NCBI RefSeq assembly: GCF_006345805.1
Contig: NC_043015.1
Location: 18,352,001-18,416,000, forward strand
From: Octopus sinensis
Lineage: Eukaryota
Reading direction: 5' to 3'
Length of the DNA: 64,000 bases
The notes beneath the pieces are model-generated. The model was not told where the DNA came from and did not search any database. It was given only the letters and a program-made list of their open reading frames with translations. Position 1 is the stretch's first letter. The number at the start of each line of letters is the position of its first letter. Positions 48,665 to 62,297 of this stretch are shown here, piece after piece. Position numbers and translations under genes: made by a program.

Positions 48665-49625
48665 ATACACACACACAAATATTTCAGCATTAGTCTGTTG
48701 CCTATCTTAGAGACAGGAGATATGTCTTTGCTCAGAATTAGTGGTGCGCCTTATGCACGAGTGCATATTATACATGAATTGATATATATATATTAATTTA
48801 TGTGGGTCCGCTGAAAAGTCTACTTGATTGCATACTGATAAAAAACGGGACCAACTTCATTAATTTGTTTCCATTGCACTGTTAACACTATTTTATATTT
48901 ATACCATAACACAGTAACTTATTCCAAAGTTTTCTATGTGTATTATACTCTGGCTGTTTTTTGGGCTTTTTTGGTCAGCGCGTACTTTCTAGTTTAACTT
49001 TAATGAGAGAACTACTTTTAAAGTAGGGGACTATTCAGCGCGCATGTGGCTTTTGTTTTTGCAGGAAACTACTTTGGAGTCATGCTGCCTGGAAAAATTT
49101 TGTTAATAGGACTCAAATATTTTGTGATTCTCATTGGAATGTTTTATCGTGCCATAAAGTTTGCAACTTTAACCTCCGTAATTACAATCTAAAAGAATTA
49201 TACTGAAATGTTTGCATAAATTGTAGTTTCCCTTAAAATTTTCACATTCACATACAGTAACTGATACTTTACCATGCATTATCAGCTAATGTTGTGTCAC
49301 CACATAAACAGACATTATTTTCTGTGAATCTAGCGCTGCAGGATTTCTTTGATGCTGCAACAAAGCTCAAAGTACAATAATTAACTTAATTTTCACCTAT
49401 TCAGATTTTAGAGTATGAAGGGTGGATTGAACTTTCCTCTGAAAATCTTTCAAGAAGAATTGCTCTATAGGCTTTGAAGATGACATTCAGGAACCAGCCG
49501 ATTGTTCTCGACTTCTCATCGAACCAGTTTGACGCTTGTTTCCTCTTATTAATTATCCATGCAGCGGGCGTCCCTGGATATTTTCTCCGAGCCATTCTTA
49601 TATTCATATAGGCACCTCTCCCTTT

Positions 49626-49735
49626 GACACCCACACGTGTGTGTGTGTGTGTGTGTCTGTGTGTCCTAACAAAGATGAAGTTGCGTCATACGGCGAGCTT
49701 TGACAATTTTAAACTTGGAAGTGTTTCTTCTTCTC

Positions 49736-49806
<71 letters not shown>

Positions 49807-50040
49807 GGTTACTTCACTTGTTTATCTCAAAAGGACGAAAGTTAACTTGAGTGGGATTTGAACCTTGTGCAGAAAGCCAGAAGGAATACTATAAAAGCAT
49901 TCCATCTGACGCGCTCGTGACTCTACTAACTGGCCGTCTCGCTTTCTCTCTCTCTCTCTCTCACCCCCACTCATCTGCACAAGCACGCGCGCGCGCACAC
50001 ACTCACACACTCACACACACAAACACATACACACACACAT

Positions 50041-50092
<52 letters not shown>

Positions 50093-50237
50093 GAATACGA
50101 ATCGTTTCTATTCATGTAGACATTCGTAACTTTGATACATACACTAGATAATGCAGAGATTTGAATGGAAATTTTCACAATTTCTCTCTTGTGTATTCAC
50201 GTGAAAACACAGACACACATGCACAAACACAAAGGTA

Positions 50238-50268
<31 letters not shown>

Positions 50269-50390
50269 GCACGCACACACACACACGCACGCACACACAC
50301 ACACACACACACACACGCGCGCGCGCACACACACACACATCTAGCGCACTTTATACTCACAAGCGTGCATGTACACACACACAAGTATAC
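49626..50390. repeat. Cluster of (GT)n, (GA)n, (CA)n and (CG)n/(CACG)n tracts
   Basis: Direct reading. Other pure tracts: (TA)n 18301-18333, 29240-29277, 38289-38346; (CA)n 42806-42888, 47233-47319; (GA)n 50945-51002, 62215-62295. Confidence 0.95.
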
Positions 50391-50940
50391 TGGCGTATAC
50401 ACCTACAGATGGACAGTAGTTTTCTGTGTACTTTTTTGTCGTTTCTATTGGTTTTGATTGGGAAGTGAATGGTCAAAGTTGGTCTGCAATAGAAACTAAT
50501 GATCGATGCAACATTATCTATTTCCTTGCTTGTTATCATTTGAAAGAACCAACAAACAAATCGCTCTCCCATTGAATGTTATCATGTCTGCTTCGATGCT
50601 GACATTTTATCTGAACAAAACCCAATAAAGATTTTAAAATTATCTTACATTCTTCCTGCATTTCTGTTGTCAATCTTATTCTTTCCATAACGACCCATAA
50701 AAGAACAGAAGAAATAAAGTTTGCCTTAATGTCGGCCGCTAACGTACTTGCTACAAGTCTGATGGTGCAATGTCCAGGTATAGAGTGCATTTGTTTGCTA
50801 GTTTACATTACTGAATAACAGTTCACCATATATTTTTATCCAGTCGTATGAACATTCATAGACTTTACAATCCTTGCCAACTAGGCGAATGATTAAGGTT
50901 CAAATTATATAGTTGTGCATTAGAGATTGGAGGGTAACGT

Positions 50941-51002
<62 letters not shown>

Positions 51003-53084
51003 AATAGATAGATAAAGAGAGAGACTTATTAAAGGATGCAGTTCTAGGAAACATGGATTAGGTCATAATTACGGAAAGAGAGAAGCAGAGTTTATTAGGA
51101 CTGGCAAAAAATCATCCCTTTTTGAGGAGTATCGCTGTAGATAGCAAAATCGTGTCCTCTAGTAATAAACTAAAATTTGTACGCTATCATCAAATATTAC
51201 AAAACATATATATGCACAACTCACTGTTACGCGCACATGTACATAACTATCATATATCCATTACTTATAATATAGAATTGTGTTTTCTGTAAGTTGGTAC
51301 TATGATTCAGTAGTAACTGACTCCCACGTTATATACTATGGTTGACATCCTCTCGACCCGACGCTGAGGAGAAGAGGCTGTGACGGTATTGATAACTAAT
51401 TGTTTGCTATTGCTGCAAACTCAATATTACTGGAATATTCAACTAAACTGCTTCTCAGTATATTTTATATGCGGATAATATGTGGTATTTATGATATAAA
51501 TTATGGATATCTTCATGTTAGTTGCATTTGGGTTGTTAAGTCAAACGAAATAATTTAGTATGGTTTGCAATCCCGTCTTCATCTTTATCTGTTCTCAATG
51601 TCAGAGAGGCTGGGCATTTTGAAAATAACCACTCGAAAATTTGTCTGAGTTTCCGAATATTTTTTCATTCGTCTTTCTGACTTTACAAATATACATCCAA
51701 TAAAGTAATATTGTACAGGGTATTATGAATTATTACATATAAGGAATATTCGTTGATTGACACTACCGGTTGAGGCCTGTGAATAAGAGAGAAAGATGAG
51801 AGAGATGTGAACTACCATGCAGGGTAAAACGACCGAGCCGTAGAAATCTTAAGTAGCTCTTTGTAAGTTGAAATAACTCGGCTTTTAATAATAATCGGTC
51901 CAGAAGGCTCAGGAAGCCGTTTGGCAGGAAAATTTGCACACATCCTCTGAAATTGCTTCTTTAGCCATAAATAAACCAACCATTGCTGATTAGTCAAATC
52001 ATATTCGCGCAGACATTAATACCTTTTATGGCAACTCTTCCTTTTATGGAAACGTATCAGGCCGTGATTCTAGATTGGGAAAATTTGAGAACTATAGTTC
52101 AAATGTCAGGTTCTCGCTAGTCTTTATATAGCTCAGGTTTATTCAAGAAAATCGGGTGCAAGTCAGAATGATTTGTCACCAGATGACACCCCAGAATTAT
52201 TTAATTTGTAAGTTTATACTCCATTTAACATAATTTTTCGTATATGTACTGAGTAGACCTTCGTTAACACTATGGTAAGATACGGTGAAGCTAGAATTTC
52301 GCCGATGAAATTAAAAAATGGTGAAATATATCTGGAGTTGCTTCTCGTAGCTGCCGGAGATAAATTAAGGACAGTATTAGTCATCAACTAATATATTTTT
52401 CATTTCATGTTTGACCCTGTTTTAGTATTTTAATGTTTCATCCATTAAATCTGCTTTCACCCACTGAGATGACAGAAATGACAATATTCCGTCCTCTTCA
52501 GAAACTAACTAAGCAATCAACATCATTCTGATATCGACACCCTCAGAACACAGACTCAATTAGTCGGCTGATATAATTACATATGCACGTCAAGTAAATT
52601 CGCTGTGCTGAGATAAGATGTTGCAATAATAATTTCTGTTTCATTGGAATTCAAGCAACCGAACGCCAAATACGCTCTTGTTATGTTTAGAGTAAAAGTT
52701 ATTAAAAAATATTTAACGGAAAATATGACAAAAGCATTTGAATAATGGAATAAATGGGTTGTTGCTACGTTCTCTTAAGATTTCTAATCTTGAAAGAACC
52801 AAGTTTTCTTTCCATCCTTTCGGGGTTGACACCAGTCAAGTACTATGATCGATTTTAGCGGCTATATCCACCACCAAGTGCAACATGGAGTGATGACGAA
52901 TATTTTTACAACCCAGGGTAAATATTTGGAAGTCCAAACAACTCCCTGTCATTTATGTTTGCACACCAGTAATATATAACCGAGGAAGATTCTCCATCAG
53001 ATGTGCTGTATATAATGATTATCAATCTTTAAATTGAAGAAATACTTTTTACCTGTATATATTTCCTCTATACTTACATATAAC

Positions 53085-53976
53085 ATACATACATACATGA
53101 TGGCCATCCACTCGTGACTGACGAAGACCATTGCTGACCTTCAGGAACATTGTGCGCTCTAGGACTAATATTTTGCATTTGCGGCTCCGTTGGTGGCTAA
53201 TGAGCCCTGCTCTTGACAAGCATACACGACGGCAAACATTGTAGACTAAGCTTTCCCCATTCACTACACCAGCAGTGCGCTTTCGAGCAGCACGCTTAAG
53301 TTCTTCATGCAGAATACGTACTCTCCCAAAAGTGTCGACCCCCTCCTTAACCTGCTTCCTCCATCTTTGGCGAGGACAGGCATTGTTCTTCTAGTCAGTC
53401 TCCTGCATATCACAGGCCTTTAATGAGTACTTGACACAGTCCTTAAATCGCAGCCTTGGTTTCTGCTGGGGTCTCTTTCAATTCACAAGTTCCCCATATA
53501 GCATCTGCTTCGGGATCCTGCTATTCGACATTCTAATAAGGTGTCCAGTCCAACGTAATCGGTACTTTTGCACCACCGCCTCAATACTCAAGATATCAGC
53601 TGTGCTCAGGAACTGTGTGTCTGGAGTTTTTAAGGTCCAGCCAACATTCAGGATGTGTCTGAGGCATCTCCGATGAAAGCGTTCAAGGACCCTTACATGA
53701 CGTTTGTAAAGGGTCCGTGTTTCACATGAGTAAAGGAGCGATGTCAGTACACAAGCACGGTACACAGCAATTTTTGTTTGCTTTATGATGCCATGCTGGG
53801 ACCAAACACAAGACTGAAGAGACTGGAAGGAATCAATTGCTTTCTGCAGCCTGAAAGATATTTCATCTTCCAGGGAGCAAGAACGGCTGAGTGTGCTGCC
53901 CAGGTAGACAAACTTGTCTACTACTTTCAGAATTGTTCCTTCAACCAAGATAGCTAGTTCCATATATGGAACCACA
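53085..53976 (-). mobile_element. RTE/BovB-like LINE 3' fragment with (ATGT)n tail
   Basis: VVDKFVYLGSTLSR..LLYSCET..ERFHRRCLRHIL..LRWTGHLIRM..RIPKQMLYGEL..CRRVCLSRAGLISHQR, then catgtatgtatgtatg. Confidence 0.92.
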
Positions 53977-54376
53977 TTCATACATACATGCATGCATGCA
54001 TACATACATATATACATACATAATACATACATACATGCATGCATGCATGTATGCATACATACATACATACATACATGCATACATACATACATACATGCAT
54101 GCATGCATGCATGCATACATACATACATACATACATACATACATACATACATACATACATAATACATACATACATGCATGCATGTATGCATGCATGCATG
54201 CATACATACATACATACATACATACATACATACATACATGCATGCATGCATGCATGCATGTATACATACATGCATGCATACATACATGCATACATACATA
54301 CATACATACATGCATACATACATGCATACATACATACATACATACATACATACATACATACATACATACATACATA
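53977..54376. repeat. Compound (TACA)n/(TGCA)n array, ~400 bp
   Basis: Direct reading. Confidence 0.98.
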
Positions 54377-55010
54377 AATCTTGAAATAAAACTGAACAAT
54401 GACATACATACGTAAAACAAAACATTGCACCAGAATAATTTTGTACAGTGAAATTGACAATGTTTACTGAGGATCGAATTTGCGCGTTTATATCAATCAC
54501 GCCCACCTACTATTGATAAGGAAAGTTAACCACCCCCTTGATATGTTTCTAAATACGCAAATACACATGCACTCACATGGATGAACATAGACAAACAAAT
54601 ACATAGAAACATATACATAGGCTGATATACATACTTGCATACACGCTTACATACACACAAGCACAAACAGACAGATATACGCATTGCTTCACGTATATAG
54701 ACGGATACACATAAACCGACACACATACACACACACGCACGCACACACACACAAACGTGTGTGCGTGCGTGTGTATGTGCGTGTGTGTGCAGGCGTATTT
54801 GTTATTCTGTTTTCTTTGCCACAATTTGAGAACTGGTGTTGGTTTGTTTACGTCCCTGTAACTTATCGGTTCGGCAAAAGAAAAACTACTGGAGCTGATT
54901 TGTTCGACTAAACCATTCAAGGGTTGCAGTCGAATGACTGAAACAAGTAAAAGATAAAAAGATAAACGATATGTATATATTTTCAAATGCATATACATAC
55001 ACTCTCGCTA

Positions 55011-55350
55011 ACACGTTCACACCTACCTAAGTACTTGCCTACAGCCTACCTACCTACATACCTACCTCTCTACCTACCTACCTACCTACCTACCTACCTA
55101 CCTACCTACCAACCTACCTACCTACCTACCTACCCACCTACCTACCTACCCACCACCTACCTACCTACCTACCTACCTACCCACCCACCTACCTACCTAC
55201 CCACCTTCCCTACCTACCTGCCTACCTACCTACCTACCTACCTACCTACCAACCCACCTACCTACCTACCCACCTTCCCTACCTACCTGCCTACCTACCT
55301 ACCTACCTACCTACCTACCTACCTACCTACCTACCTACCTACCTACCTAC
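55011..55350. repeat. (CCTA)n array with interruptions
   Basis: Direct reading; produces the PTYL ORF. Confidence 0.97.
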
Positions 55351-56831
55351 ATGCATACATACATGCATAACATGCATGAGAAACATCTTTCAGTTAACCA
55401 ACTTTCATTTACTCGATCATATAACAGTTGCTCACACGTTTATGCACAAACACATACTTCGGGTTTTAGAACAAATTTTGTTGCTGTCTAGCTCCAGATC
55501 TTTTCTGATTGACCATTCTAACCATGATTATATTAGGAATCGAGGACAATAACTCAATGTGTCGTTTTGTAGGGTGTGATTAGAGGGATATTTAGTTAGT
55601 ATTTGTAGCTGACTGGACGATTACGTAGAAGTTTCTTGATCGGGCAGTTAGAGTATAGGTAGGAGACTATAGAAGAGGTAGGAGATGACAGTTTCCATCA
55701 TTAAATACTTGAAAAGTCAATTTTATTTAATTTTATAACCCATCTAATTTTAGTAAATATTTGACAATAAATGGCTTTTGAGAACCTGTGGCGGTTCGTA
55801 GATAAAATTAGTTGGGGTGTTGCTTCAGAAAATTTTTAGCCGTTGTTTTAATATTGTGTAAAAGGAAATAAACATGTAAAAAGAAAATTTATACATAAAC
55901 TTGATCGGTTCACGTTTTAGTCACTGCTGGGTAGTGCGTTTAATTTCTTCACTGAATACTGCCGCGAAAATTCCCCCTTGTTTTTCAAAACTTCCCACTA
56001 AATCACAAAATAAGGCGGGGAAATAAGGCAACACTGAAGCTGGATCAGGGTAATAATCTAATTCTACACTTTATCACATTCAAGAATATAAACATGTTTT
56101 TAAGCACAACACACGCGGAATAAAAAAGAAACCTGCTTTTCACCGGACACTGGGGTGGGCACTATCGTTCACGCAGTGCTGTCTCTCCCTAGCGTGAAGC
56201 TTCTTATCTCAGACATGTGAGCATGCACACAACAGCCAAACACCGTGTCGCTGGAACTGTGAAGTGCACAGTTCTATACAAGGATTTTTGTATTTTTTCC
56301 ATTAACTAAGGGATGGCTACTGACATTAAGCTTATGGATTATATAATGTACAAGTATAAAGAAAAATTAAAGAAAAAGGGATCATTATATTGAATGTTAA
56401 TGATAATATCGAGTGGAAATAAGTTCCGCAGTTCCTATACACTGCTCGGAATTCACTTTGGAACATCACCGTTTGAATTTCGGATTTATGTGCGGAAGTA
56501 TTTTCCCAAAGCTTATTTATTTACAAAATCTCTTTTATTAAATAAATTCCATTGTTTTCTGTAACAGCTTACTTATGTCTTCTGCTCTTCATCACTCCAT
56601 CATTGTTCGAGATAATTATAAAAGCTAATTACTTGTTATATATAATGTATTGATTATTCATGAAATTTTGACCGGCTGTGTGAATGCAGATAACAGATAT
56701 TTGGAGAAAGTTCGGTACTGTGTATTTCTGAGTTCATACCGTACTTCATATATCACTTCTATCACTGTGTTCACACACCACTTCTAGCGTTTCTTCTCTT
56801 TTTTTTTACTGCCAGTGTTGATGAAATAAGT

Positions 56832-57120
56832 TTAGTGGTTAGGCTATTCGACTCAAAATCGTAAGGGCGTGTTTTCGATTCCCGACAGCGCGTTGTACCC
56901 TTCAGCAAGACACTTTATTTCACATTACTCCAGTCCTTTCAGCTTGTAAATACGAGTAGTATCTGTATTTAGCTGTATGAGTAGTACCTGTAGTACTCGA
57001 GAGCTACGTTATAAGTACGCGTATTTGTGGAGTGTTCAACTACTTGCACGTTAACTTCACGAGTAGGCGGTTTTGTTGATCAACTGGAACCCTCGTCGTC
57101 GTAACCGACAGAGTACCAGT
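56832..57120 (+). mobile_element. tRNA-derived SINE of a third family with 14-bp TSD TTGATGAAATAAGT
   Basis: tagtggttagg (A box), gttttcgattccc (B box), agcaagacacttt domain; TSD at 56818-56831 and 57121-57134. Confidence 0.85.
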
Positions 57121-57440
57121 TTGATGAAATAAGTGCAAGTGGAAAATGCTGGGCTGAATAAATTGGCTGGATTCTCTTTCCCCTTTTAAAATAGTTCAAT
57201 GCCTTGTAACATTAAACAATTTAGTAAGAATGATCGATACCAGATTGTTGATTTCTATATCGTTCCTACGTACACCGATGTTGATGTTAGATTCCACGGT
57301 GTTACACTTTATGTCTAATTATCATAATTATGGCAGAAACAGTAAAGAACAAGACTGTTTTACACTCTCAATTTATATGCTCAATTAAAATTTTTTTCTT
57401 TACTTTTCGTCCGTCTTTGGTTCATAAAATAAGTTTCAGA

Positions 57441-60400
57441 TAGGGCCGTCCTAGCAGCATTATTGGCCCCCGGGTAAATAAAAGCACTGGATCTTATAGT
57501 TTTTTTTTTATTTATTGGCAGTAAGCCACATAATGCATAGATCAAAATTGAGCCCTTAGACTTGTGAGGTACCTAGACAACTGCCTAGTGCAGGGTGTGG
57601 GCAACCTTTTTACGAGTCCGTGCCTAAACTGGCAAAATCTCTGATACAAAATTCTTCGACGTGCCAACCAAATGTTTTTGAGAACATATTAGGCTACTTG
57701 ATATCTCTTAAGAAAATGTATGTTAAAAACTTTTTAAATAAAGGATAAAAAATCCCCACAGTATATAATGATGGAAAATGTATTTATTCACCTTCAAAGT
57801 TAAATCTAAACAACAACGAACCTTTGCTACTTTTAAAAGGAAACATCAGATAAAATATCAGTCCGGTAGAAAACTTGCAGACAACCTTTGCTACTTTCAA
57901 AAGAAAACATCAGTCAATTGAAATATCAGTTTGACAGAAACTTGCTGACTCCTTTCTATATACATATATATATATACAGTATTATCAGTGGGACTTCTGC
58001 TGCTGCATAACTGATGACGGAGATTTTGTATCGGGTTTATATTTTGTAACCTTCAGAGATATGCATGTATTACTAGTTTCATCCGTCAGATTACTGCTAT
58101 TACAAGACTTAACAAAGTTCATCAATGAGAACAAGGATTCACAGGCATATGTTGATGAAAACATGGATATCAGTACTGCTGCAAAGTTTTTTTAAACTGG
58201 GAAGATTTTCTGGAATGGCATTCTACATCCTTGATAATTCGTTATCCGCACTCCTCTCTGACACACCTATCTCTAATCGCACTTTTTCAATATTTTCTAA
58301 ATTCAGCTCTAAGGTCAATAAAGTTTTGCTCCCAAATTGAGCTACTTTGAAATTCAATCAACTGCATTTCAAATCAAACATGTCTATCCATGTAAACATT
58401 TGTAAGTTTAGTTCTTTGAGTTTGATAATGTCTGGAAACTTCATGAATTTTGCTATCTCTTCCAGTTCCCTTAATTTAGCAAACCCTGTGAAAAAAAATG
58501 CTCAACAGTTGACTCGATAACGTTTGCAAACAGCTTTTGAAGACATTGGCGCTCAGTTCTATCATCTTTTGAGAGATCATTGATGTACCCTAAGTTTGGG
58601 AAGTATCTAAATCTCTCATTGTCCACATCCCTCTCAAATACTACTAGATTCCTTTTGAAAGCCTTTATGTAACCAAACATAACATCAAGTGTCTTACCAG
58701 AGCCCTGTATTTTAACATTCAAATGTTCACAAAAATCTGCAAAAACACCTGTTTACAAACCCACACGGTGTCAGACAATTCTTGATAAGAAATTTGTTGG
58801 TCATGCAAAAAGAGCTTTATCTCATTTAAGTATTCAACAAATCGTTTCAGAGCTAAACCTCGGCTAAGCCATCGAACATTGTTGTACATTTTCAGTCCTT
58901 TATACACAGAATCTACCTCATTCAGTAAAACTTGAAATTATCTCTTATTTAAAAACCCGAGCAGAAATGTAATTAACAGCCTTGGTAACAGTTTACATCA
59001 CTTCCTGGAGTTCCTTCAGTTTTTGCGCATAAAATATGATGCAATAAAAACTTATCAGTATATGATCAACTTCTTTTGCAAACAGATTTATAAATCCTGC
59101 CTTCTCACCAGTCATGCTGAGGGCACCATCTGTTGTGACGGATACTACTTTTGAAATGTCAATTTGTCGAGAAGAGAATTCGTTCACAGCAGCTTTACAT
59201 ATTTCAGCCCCGGTAGTACGCTCAAGCAGTGTTAGAAGGGCAACTATCTCTTCACATATTTCATAACCTTTACAAAGTCGAGAAAAAGTGACTAACCTAG
59301 CTGGTGATGTAATGTCCGTACTTTCATCAATACAAACAGGGGAAAAAAAACTTACCTGAAGACAAATCTTTTGTCACTTGTTCAAAAGTATTCTTTTCCA
59401 AAAGTATTCTATCCTGAACTGTTTTCCTACTCACAGACAATTCTTTGATGCGCTGAATAATCTTTTCCTTTTCTGAAAAATTGTCAAAAACAAAGGTGCA
59501 CACTCTAGCCAATCTTCTTTAATATATTCACCATCACTGAGTGGCTTTCCATATTGAAACCTCAAACCTAGCAGCAACCAAGTTGGAACTGTATCTGCCC
59601 GAAATAAAGCTTATAAAAGTATCAGCCTGTTCTTTTGTTCTGCTGAGTTCACGAGAAATTAATTCTATTTGTTCCTCTTCAGTTTTATTGCTTAAGTTCT
59701 TATGAACACTTTCAAAATGCCTTTTTACAGAAGAGGTTCTACAAACAACAGTTTCAGAACAGAAAATACATAATGCTTTATTGTCTTAATCATACCAAGC
59801 TTTTCAGTCCAGTATTTTTGAAAATCTCTAATAACCTCTTCAGTTGAATGATATCGTTTCTTAGCAAGTGGTTCTGACATTTTGCACAATGTATAAAGGG
59901 CAGCAAAAAAAAAAAAAAGAGATAATGATATAATGATATACGTGAAAAAGGAGGAAGAAGAAAACTAAAAGGTCATGAAGTGTTTAATAAGTTTGATCAA
60001 ACCACTTTATTTTTTTTAGTTTTTTAATTAAAGTAAATAAAAAAATAGTTTGCTGTCCCCACAAAATGGTAAGATGGGCTCGGCGCAAGGATCAGTAAAG
60101 AAAAGACAAAGCATGCAACAAATCGCGAAATTTTATGGCCGCGAATAATTTGACGCTTACAGTAAATCATTTCAAGAAGCGATGACATATGCAACACTTC
60201 AAACTCGAGATAACAATCCGGTTCATGCATAATCTTGTATGTATGCAATACAGGTACTCTATATGCACAATGTACACACAACAACTACGATGAAAACATG
60301 ACCACGGTCAATTAACTGTATCTAGACTTGCATGCAGGCTGAATTAGCAGCATCGACCCGCGGCCCTCTAAATACGATTTAGCTACTTGAGCATCAACGG

Positions 60401-60905
60401 ACATCAAATGATTTGCGTAACAATAATTAGAATACAGTACTGGCTTATTTATTAGAAATTGTCGAAAAAGTCTCGATATTATTGTATACAAGTAGTACAA
60501 GTATATTTACTGCATTTATAAGTCATAACAAATAGCATGAAAGGAAATCAGGGAAGAACTGCATACAAGTAAGTGTATTTTTCAACTTAGGTTTAATATA
60601 TAGATCGAATCTGTATTACAAAGAAAAAATCTAGAAAGGTTATTTATTCTTACAAGAATTTCTAATCTGATTGGATATATGTTCTATGGAACATGTCTTA
60701 CGCTCGTATGTAAAATATAAAATGTATCTGAGCAGTAAAAAGTCGCTATATACTATTGAGAGAAAGTCATTAAGTGGTGGGGTGGTGGATTACTAGAGAG
60801 AGGGTTTCATGTGCCAGAAACAAGTTATTGGTGTGCCATGTTTAGTACACGTGCCAGGGGTTTCCCACCCCTGGCCTAGTGTGTCTATACCATAGGACGT
60901 TACTG
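57441..60905. mobile_element. Small MITE that hosts the hAT insertion (arms 57441-57590 and 60874-60905)
   Basis: tagggccgtccta ... taggacgttactg imperfect TIRs; removing the hAT restores a ~175-bp element. Confidence 0.6.
57591..60873 (-). mobile_element. hAT transposon (GTF2IRD2/ZBED8/Buster-SPIN type) with 8-bp TSD GCCTAGTG; decayed transposase 59880-57985
   Basis: TIRs cagggtgtgggcaacc / ggtttcccacccctg; TSD at 57583-57590 and 60874-60881. Motifs CIFCSETVVCRTSSVKRHFESVH, IDESTDITS, SVTTDGALSM, RWLSRG, TYACESLFS, QQQKSH*. Confidence 0.95.
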
Positions 60906-61169
60906 GTGTCAAAGATGCATTTTGGATCAAGCCACGTGACCATTTCTAGTCTATAAATCTATAGATTTCATATACAGGTACAAAGCTTCATAATTATAAA
61001 AGAGTCTTATTTTAAAGAAAGAAGAAATAGAAATTTGCCAAATCTATGACATTTCCAAAGTAGAAGTGGTGAAAGTAAAGAACAATTTCTTAAGCCACGA
61101 ATCGAAACAAGGACACAACTATTCGAGAGTTTACCTTTCTTTAACTTTTCTTCTCTCTTAAATTTTTAC

Positions 61170-61310
61170 CAGGGGCGGACCCAAGGAGGGGGTGCCCCTT
61201 CAAGAAAAGGTACACTCTTCTAAATAAGGTTATTACGCCCTTCTCTCCTGGAATTGTATTCCCTTCTGACCTTGTGCCCTTCCTTCGAAAAATTCCTGGG
61301 ACCGCGCCTG
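61170..61310. mobile_element. hAT-type MITE
   Basis: caggggcggacccaagga ... tcctgggaccgcgcctg inverted termini. Confidence 0.65.
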
Positions 61311-62212
61311 ATTATTTATTTGTTTCGAATCGTCTATTACCTTAAATTTCGGAGAGACCCTTTAAATTTTTCATTCTTTTCTCATAAAAGCATCTAATAA
61401 TCAGTTAATTTCATACCCGCAAATTATTTTATTTCGTAATACTCACTCCACAATTCACGATTCACCCAACACACACGATCATATTTTCCATTAAAAAAAA
61501 ATCTCGGTAATTTATCCATTCTCTCACTCGCGCTTCTTCTCTCACTACTCTACATTTTTCAGTTTTCTAAATATCATTTATTCTTTCTGACAGCCAGTAG
61601 CTTCTGCAGACAAATAATTTCCCTGCCCATCGATAATTTCTCCTCCTACAAATAGTACGCCCACAAACAAATTTCTGAATCAAACAGCCCTCGTTACTGC
61701 CAACCATTTCGAAAACATAAACACAGTAGTTTTCCTTTTTAACATTAAAAAAAATGTTTTGTGAGTGCTTAATTATTACATGAATTGCACACCTGCTAAT
61801 TAGTGTGTGTTTATCAGCAAGTTTAAAAATCAGAATGGCCTTTGGAATTAAGCATTGTTTTCTTTTTGAAGAGTCGGAAGATCGATTTCTTTCAGTGGTT
61901 TTATCGTTACTGTTGTAAACAGCTTTATATATGAAATATTGAATTGTGACAACCTTGAGATACTTTACGTTTATTTAATGTTGTGTAGTGATGTAGAAGT
62001 GTAGTTGTATTTGTAAGAGTTCTACTTCATATATCGTGTCAATACTCAAATAATTTCATATTAAATGTTTCAATATTTCCTTTGAACAAAATAAAGGAAA
62101 TAGGAAGATTGCCAGATTCTCTGCTATTGTGCTGTAATCCGAATAAAATACTAAACGCTTCCCAGCCCATCTGCTTGCCATTTACAATAGAGTGCGCATC
62201 ACTCGCGCGCAC

Positions 62213-62297
<85 letters not shown>

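Noticed and set aside
49401-49634. 77-aa - strand ORF (also 51812-51997)
   Set aside because: No domain recognised, start lies in a (CA)n edge, length within chance expectation.
53478-54506. 342-aa ORF and overlapping MYVC/HTYI ORFs (also 43444-43923)
   Set aside because: Stop-free tetranucleotide arrays. Only the RTE-derived part is protein-like, and it is a truncated LINE.
54987-55370. 127-aa PTYL-repeat ORF resembling an extensin or mucin
   Set aside because: Direct translation of (CCTA)n; no splice or signal-peptide support.
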